A DNA stretch of 64,000 nt from an uncultured Gammaproteobacteria bacterium (GTDB taxonomy: Bacteria; Patescibacteriota; Patescibacteriia; Magasanikbacterales; UBA922). The position numbers and the translations under genes are program-made. Where the stretch lies: contig CAZFTR010000003.1 of NCBI GenBank assembly GCA_964522405.1, positions 35,711 to 99,710 of the forward strand, written 5' to 3'. Numbering within the stretch: position 1 is the stretch's first letter; every line of letters begins with the position of its first letter. Below the pieces are notes generated by a model. The model was not told the DNA's origin, made no database searches, and saw only the letters and a list, made by a program, of their open reading frames with translations. Shown here one piece after another: positions 58,597 through 64,000 of the stretch.

Positions 58597-59970
58597 ATGA
58601 AAAAAAGGTTCACAAAAATTTTATTACTCTGCTTGTCTTTCTTGGTTCTTGGTTTTGGCTGTAAGGGTTTGAGTGAAGAGGAAATTGCTGCTTTTCAACC
58701 GGTAGTTTTGAATTATTGGACAGTTTACAATGATCTTGACATGCTTCGAGGATTTGCTGCAGAATACAAAAAAATACGACCTTATGTAACTATAAATATA
58801 CGACAAGTTAGATATGATGAATTTGATCGCTTGTTTACCAATGCGCTTGCTGACGATGTTGCTCCTGATTTAGTTTCTATGCACAATAGATGGGTTAGGG
58901 CTAATTCACATAGATTGTCTCCAATGCCTGAGAGTGTTGAGGTTTCAAGGTTAGTTGTTAAAAGTGAATTTAGCAAAGAAATAGAAGTCCTTCCGGAAAT
59001 AACTCAAATGCCTTCTATCCAATCTATGAAAAGTGCCTATGTTAAAACTGTGGTTGAGGATGCGGTTGTGGGTGGGCAGGTTTATGGTTTGCCAATAGCT
59101 ATGGATACTATGGCAATTTATTATAATAAGGGTTTACTTGATAAAGCCGGGATTCCGGAACCGCCGGCAGATTGGGATGAGTTTGTTGAGGCTGTAAAAA
59201 AGACAACTCGTTTTGATAGCACAGGTAGAATAATGCAATCAGGGGTTGCTTTGGGAACAGGGAAAAATATTGATAATTCTTTTGATATTTTATCACTTTT
59301 GATGATGCAGAGCGGTGTAAAAATGGCCAGTGGAGGAAGGGTAACTTTTGCTGATGGTTTGAAAAAAGCTCGAAGTTCACATCCTACTTTTCAAGCTTTG
59401 AGATTTTATAGTGATTTTGCTACGCCCACCAAAGAAGCATATAGCTGGAACAATGATCAAGAAAATGCACTTGATGCCTTTGTAAGAGGAAAAACAGCTT
59501 TTTATCTTGGGTTTGCTTTTGATCAGAGAAGAATAAGATCTCGAGCGCCTGGCATTGACCTGGAAGTAATACCTATGTTTCAGTTAAATCAGGCTTCGCC
59601 GGTTAATATTTCAAATTATTGGTTGGAGTCAGTGGTAAGAAGATCAAAAAATCAAAATGAGGCCTGGGATTTTATCAGATATATAACTGCGCTTTCAAGT
59701 GTACAAGTCTACACAGACAGAACTCTGCAACCAACCCCATACAGATCACAAATTGAAAGACAGATGGAAAATCCAGAATTGGAACCTTTTACTTCACAAG
59801 TACTTTTTGCAGAAAATTGGTTTAATGGCCGAAATTTTTCCAGTGCCAAAGAAGCTATCTCAAATATGATTGACACTTATCTTGAGCCATATTCACAAGA
59901 CAAGGATCCTCTAATGAGAGATAAGGAAATAATTAATAATGCTGCTAGTAGAGTTCAGCAGGCTATGTAA
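58597..59970 (+). CDS. Extracellular solute-binding lipoprotein (carbohydrate ABC type)
   Basis: Lipobox LGFGC; YGLP...DT.AIYYNK.L, PP..WDEF, AWDF. Confidence 0.88.
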   Translation: MKKRFTKILLLCLSFLVLGFGCKGLSEEEIAAFQPVVLNYWTVYNDLDMLRGFAAEYKKIRPYVTINIRQVRYDEFDRLFTNALADDVAPDLVSMHNRWVRANSHRLSPMPESVEVSRLVVKSEFSKEIEVLPEITQMPSIQSMKSAYVKTVVEDAVVGGQVYGLPIAMDTMAIYYNKGLLDKAGIPEPPADWDEFVEAVKKTTRFDSTGRIMQSGVALGTGKNIDNSFDILSLLMMQSGVKMASGGRVTFADGLKKARSSHPTFQALRFYSDFATPTKEAYSWNNDQENALDAFVRGKTAFYLGFAFDQRRIRSRAPGIDLEVIPMFQLNQASPVNISNYWLESVVRRSKNQNEAWDFIRYITALSSVQVYTDRTLQPTPYRSQIERQMENPELEPFTSQVLFAENWFNGRNFSSAKEAISNMIDTYLEPYSQDKDPLMRDKEIINNAASRVQQAM

Positions 59971-59976
59971 TTTTTT

Positions 59977-60699
59977 ATGAAACTCTTAATATTTTTCTCA
60001 ACAGTTTTATTTCTAAGTTTTGTTTTTTTATTTTCTCCCGGTGTGGTGAGTGCAGAAGGTGATTGTGAGTTGAATTATGAAGATTTTGGACTTAAGTGTC
60101 AGCCTATAGCTGATTGTGGGGATTCTGCAGAAATAACAGCTCAGACTCAGAAACATCACTCGGATGTTGGTCAGGGTTCTTTAGTTGTTCAAAGTGGTAA
60201 AACTGTTATAACAGGTCAGTGCGCTGACGCAAATCAAGTTTGTTGTTTCAAAACAGGTTCAGCAACTTCCGGAAGTGCTGCAGGAACATCGTTTGAAAAG
60301 CCTACATCAGGTAATACTGATAGCTTTGTCCCTACAAAACCGGATAAATACTTAGGTCCGTTGCCTCCTTGTGCTTGGGCTGGTACTTGTAGAGGAATCA
60401 ATGATGTCCTCTCAGTTGCTGTGAAGTGGGGAAGTAGAATCTTTGGATTTATTGGTTCAATGGCATTTGTTATGTTTGTCTATGGTGGATTTATGATGAT
60501 GATTTCAATGGGAAATGCTGAAAGAGTAAAAAAAGGAACTGATATAATGGTGGCAGCTGTAGTAGGTTTGATAATTGCTTTCAGCGCTTATTTGATTGTT
60601 GGATTTATACTTGATGCAATCGGAGTTACAGATCCGCAATTTAGGGCTGTTGATAAAATAAGTGCTGTTTTTGATCTGGTGGGTGACAGATTCTTATAA
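59977..60699 (+). CDS. CPR T4SS-type pilin with N-terminal Cys module
   Basis: YGGF...SMGN.ERVKKG....AAVVGL. Confidence 0.82.
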   Translation: MKLLIFFSTVLFLSFVFLFSPGVVSAEGDCELNYEDFGLKCQPIADCGDSAEITAQTQKHHSDVGQGSLVVQSGKTVITGQCADANQVCCFKTGSATSGSAAGTSFEKPTSGNTDSFVPTKPDKYLGPLPPCAWAGTCRGINDVLSVAVKWGSRIFGFIGSMAFVMFVYGGFMMMISMGNAERVKKGTDIMVAAVVGLIIAFSAYLIVGFILDAIGVTDPQFRAVDKISAVFDLVGDRFL

Positions 60700-60748
60700 G
60701 TGTGCTATAGTATAATACTTTTATTTCGGGATAAAGATTTATCATTTT

Positions 60749-61552
60749 ATGAAAAAAAGTACCAAAATTTTAGTTATAATGTCTTGTCTTGTTTTTGTAG
60801 GTTTAGTTTTCGTGCCGCTTGTTGCTGAGGCAACCAATGTTAGTGTGGTTAAACTTCAAAATCCTCTTGGTACTACCAATATTCCTCAGATAATAGGTGG
60901 TTTTATTGCTAGATTGTTAGCGTTAATTGGTTCAATAGCGCTTCTCATGTTTATAATTGGTGGGTTCATGTGGCTTACTTCTGCCGGTAATCCTGAGAAA
61001 ATCCAAAAAGGTATACAAACTATGATTTGGTCTGCTATTGGAGTGTTTATCATTTTCAGCTCTTATGCTATACTACAGCTAATCTTAAAAGGGCTGAGTG
61101 TAGAGAGTTATGCTGACGCACCGAATCCTTTTACTGTAGAAGAGGGAGTTGATGGTACATCATCCGAAGGAAAGCAAGGTTGTTACTGTATTTTCAAAGA
61201 AGATGAAGAAGCTGGTGAAAAGAAAGTAACCGCGCCTGTTAAGCAGGGTGATTGTACGGATTATGCAGAAGCAGCAAAAGAAACAATAAAATCATGTAAA
61301 TGGTATGAGACAGCTTCAGCAGCTGCAGCTACTGAAAAACAAAGTGAATGTCAGAAAAATTACAGCAAATTTGGTTTAAGCTGTAATACTAAAACAACTT
61401 GCGATAAGTCATCTGAATCAAAATCAAAAATCAAAAGCGCTTGGGCAGAAAAATCAAAACCACATAAGAATTCAAAAAAGAAATCATATTTTATAACTTG
61501 GCAGTGTCTGGGACAGCCGACAAATGTGGTATGTTGTGTGAAGAAGCCTTAA
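60749..61552 (+). CDS. CPR T4SS-type pilin with C-terminal Cys modules
   Basis: LQNPLG, GGFMWLTSAGNPEKIQKG. Confidence 0.82.
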   Translation: MKKSTKILVIMSCLVFVGLVFVPLVAEATNVSVVKLQNPLGTTNIPQIIGGFIARLLALIGSIALLMFIIGGFMWLTSAGNPEKIQKGIQTMIWSAIGVFIIFSSYAILQLILKGLSVESYADAPNPFTVEEGVDGTSSEGKQGCYCIFKEDEEAGEKKVTAPVKQGDCTDYAEAAKETIKSCKWYETASAAAATEKQSECQKNYSKFGLSCNTKTTCDKSSESKSKIKSAWAEKSKPHKNSKKKSYFITWQCLGQPTNVVCCVKKP

Positions 61553-61603
61553 TTTTAAAAGTATTACTATGAATACTATCCAAAATAGAAGGGGGGTGAT
61601 TAC

Positions 61604-62047
61604 ATGTATTGGCTAACAAAACTTGCTAAACACAAAGTTGCTATGAGTTTTGCTGTAGCACTTGCTTTCGGTTTATTGCTAGCTCCGGCTGCAAATGTTG
61701 GTGCTGCTGCAACTGATACATTCGGAATATCCCCTGTTGGAAGTGAATTAAAAACAACTCTTGGAGACACTGACCTTCGAACAACTATTGCCAGATTGAT
61801 TAATGTTGCTTTGAGTTTGCTTGGTATCGTAGCAGTTGTGATCATCCTAATGGGTGGATTTAAATGGATGACTGCTGGTGGTAATGAAGATAAAGTAGCA
61901 GAGGCTAGAAAATTAATCTTCTCTGGTATTATCGGACTTGCAATCATCATGACCAGTTGGGCAATTGCTCTATTTGTATTTAACAAATTGGCAGAAGCTA
62001 CAACCGGAACAACAGCTGGAATACCTACTGAATTCCAAATTAAGTAA
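61604..62047 (+). CDS. CPR T4SS-type pilin (probable major subunit)
   Basis: GGFKWMTAGGNEDKVAEARK; strong SD GGGGGTGAT; own hairpin at about 62059-62082. Confidence 0.85.
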   Translation: MYWLTKLAKHKVAMSFAVALAFGLLLAPAANVGAAATDTFGISPVGSELKTTLGDTDLRTTIARLINVALSLLGIVAVVIILMGGFKWMTAGGNEDKVAEARKLIFSGIIGLAIIMTSWAIALFVFNKLAEATTGTTAGIPTEFQIK

Positions 62048-62167
62048 AATTGATGAGTGGGGCAGGGCTGGTCTCTGCCCCCTATTTTACAGCAGGAAAT
62101 TAAATATAAGATTGTTCAAACTTTTATATATAATTTTCTGCAAAACTGCAGAACTAAAAATATTTCT

Positions 62168-62596
62168 ATGTATAAAAAAATAATATTAGCCTTTGGTGGT
62201 TTTTTTGTAATTTTTGGAGCATTGCTAAGTGTTGACATAGTAAGAGCTCAGCAAACCCCAATTTGTGATTTTGACCCGGTTACAGATCCTCTGGGACTTG
62301 CTTGTGCCAGTGCTACAGGATTAAAAGCAGATGATCCTCGTCTTATAGCAGGAAGAATTATAAATGTAACATTAGGAATTTTGGGAATTTTAGCAACAGT
62401 TTTGATTGTCTATGCAGGATTTAGATGGATGACCGCAGGTGGAAATGAAGAAAATGTAAAAACAGCTCAAAAAATTCTTATCTCAGCAGTAATTGGTTTG
62501 CTTATTATTCTGACAGCTTATTCTGTAACTGCTTTTGTGATTAAAAAGGCTTATTCCGCGACTACCGGAGTACAGTACGGAACACCGGTACCATAA
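62168..62596 (+). CDS. CPR T4SS-type pilin
   Basis: YAGFRWMTAGGNEENVKTAQK. Confidence 0.85.
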   Translation: MYKKIILAFGGFFVIFGALLSVDIVRAQQTPICDFDPVTDPLGLACASATGLKADDPRLIAGRIINVTLGILGILATVLIVYAGFRWMTAGGNEENVKTAQKILISAVIGLLIILTAYSVTAFVIKKAYSATTGVQYGTPVP

Positions 62597-62621
62597 TTTG
62601 AAATTTCTATAAATATTTTCA

Positions 62622-63365
62622 ATGCTTATGAAGTTTAAAACAAAGTTAAAAGTAGCAGTTTTTGCAGTCTTGGTAGTTTGTGCAGGATTTAGCGCTAGTG
62701 TAGTATATGGGCAAAATTCTAGTGACCCATATGGTTTGGATACCACTGCCGGAGCAGCACAATTAACAACAGATAAAGATGTGCCTACCATTATTGGTAA
62801 TGTGGTTGGTGCGGCACTTTCTCTGGTTTCTGTTTTGTTTTTTATACTTATGATCTATGGTGGAGTTCGTTGGATGCTGGCGCGCGGACATGAAGATGAG
62901 GCTAGAAAAGCACTAGATACTATTATCGGAGCAATAATCGGTATTTTGATTATTCTTGGAGCATACGCTATAACTAGATTTATTTTGGAGGCGCCTGGAG
63001 CTGGTAGTTCTGGTGGCGGTGGAGGTACTACCCAAGAACAACAGGTTGGTTCATGTACACCAGACCCAGCAGTTGATGACGATGATATAGGCACTGACTT
63101 AGATCCAAAATGTATGGCTTTAAATATTGGCCTTGTTGTGGGTGATGAGGCTGGAAATACTCAAAAATGTGCTGCTGCGGAAATAAACGGCGTTAAAGGG
63201 GTTTGTGTAGTCGATCCTGTTGCAGCTAATAATGGTGCAGCATCATGCATGGTCGCAGATGATGGAGGAACAAAATATAAAGCAGCATGTGCAAGTCTCT
63301 CCGGAGAGACAGCGTGTAAAGGTCATAAATCAGGCGCAGCTAGTATTTGTAAATTTGAAAAATAG
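62622..63365 (+). CDS. CPR T4SS-type pilin with Cys-rich tail
   Basis: YGGVRWMLARGHEDEARKA. Confidence 0.82.
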   Translation: MLMKFKTKLKVAVFAVLVVCAGFSASVVYGQNSSDPYGLDTTAGAAQLTTDKDVPTIIGNVVGAALSLVSVLFFILMIYGGVRWMLARGHEDEARKALDTIIGAIIGILIILGAYAITRFILEAPGAGSSGGGGGTTQEQQVGSCTPDPAVDDDDIGTDLDPKCMALNIGLVVGDEAGNTQKCAAAEINGVKGVCVVDPVAANNGAASCMVADDGGTKYKAACASLSGETACKGHKSGAASICKFEK

Positions 63366-63374
63366 GCTTCTTCT

Positions 63375-64000
63375 ATGCATTTCCTTAGAAATATTATACT
63401 GGGATTTATAGCATCTTTTCTGATCGTGGGCGCAACATACGCTGCCTTTGATTTGACTGATGCTGGCAGCTCTCTTGGTAAAGTGACTAAAAAATCCGGA
63501 ATTGATCAAAAGGATATTGGTAAATACGTGGGAAATGTTATAGCTAGTGCTTTGGCCATAGTTGGATTGATATTTTTGATACTCATGGTCTATGCCGGGT
63601 TTAAATGGATGCTCTCCAGAGGAAATGAAGATGAAGTTACCAAAGCAAGAGAGACAATAATAGCGGCAACAATTGGGCTCATCGTGATAGCGGCAGGATA
63701 TGCCATAACTAGATTTATTACTGATCAGATAATCGCCAAAGCGCCTGATACAGAATTTAGTGGGCCTAGTGGACAGTCAGATACAGTTGGTGGTGTAGGT
63801 GCAGCATGTTGTATTGTTCCTTCCACTCCGGATCATTGTCATTCAGAGTCTGATCCAGGCGGGCTTTATACAGCTAGTATGAGAACTCCGAAACAGTGTT
63901 TAAGTATTTCTGAAAATTCTGCTTCATGTGCTTATGGTGAGGGTTGGGAAATGTATGAGACAGAGACTTTTGCTGATTGCTTAAAAGTATTTGAATGTTG
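63375..64000 (+). CDS. CPR T4SS-type pilin with Cys-rich tail (3' truncated; not in the ORF track)
   Basis: MHFLRNIILG...YAGFKWMLSRGNEDEVTKARETIIAATIGL. Confidence 0.82.
   Translation, partial: MHFLRNIILGFIASFLIVGATYAAFDLTDAGSSLGKVTKKSGIDQKDIGKYVGNVIASALAIVGLIFLILMVYAGFKWMLSRGNEDEVTKARETIIAATIGLIVIAAGYAITRFITDQIIAKAPDTEFSGPSGQSDTVGGVGAACCIVPSTPDHCHSESDPGGLYTASMRTPKQCLSISENSASCAYGEGWEMYETETFADCLKVFEC

Overview
AT-rich bacterial chromosome segment spanning the replication origin (dnaN-oriC-dnaA, rpmH-rnpA-yidD). Gene content points to Patescibacteria/CPR, possibly the ABY1 group (inference): a VirB2/TrbC-like pilin array, a DUF5667 protein, TrmB-type regulators, a type IV pilus operon, ComM, and housekeeping genes without Shine-Dalgarno (SD) sequences. 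Standard genetic code. The main unexplained structure is about nine short, sharply bounded GC-rich transcription units scattered among AT-rich genes. Each sits between an AT-rich sigma70 promoter and, in most cases, an AT-rich terminator. The coding ones carry SD sequences and structured UTRs, several with candidate 3' pseudoknots. They encode a peptidoglycan-binding protein, an outer-membrane beta-barrel-like protein, PpnP, a PGM1-type ATP-grasp ligase and two gamma-glutamyl ligases; two more units are paralogous ~230-nt ncRNAs. Each of the three GC-rich ligases lies next to an AT-rich amide hydrolase and behind a candidate nutrient-sensing leader: a SAM-I riboswitch, a five-Phe attenuator and an Ile/Leu/Val-type attenuator. 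All family assignments are by motif recognition; no database searches were run.
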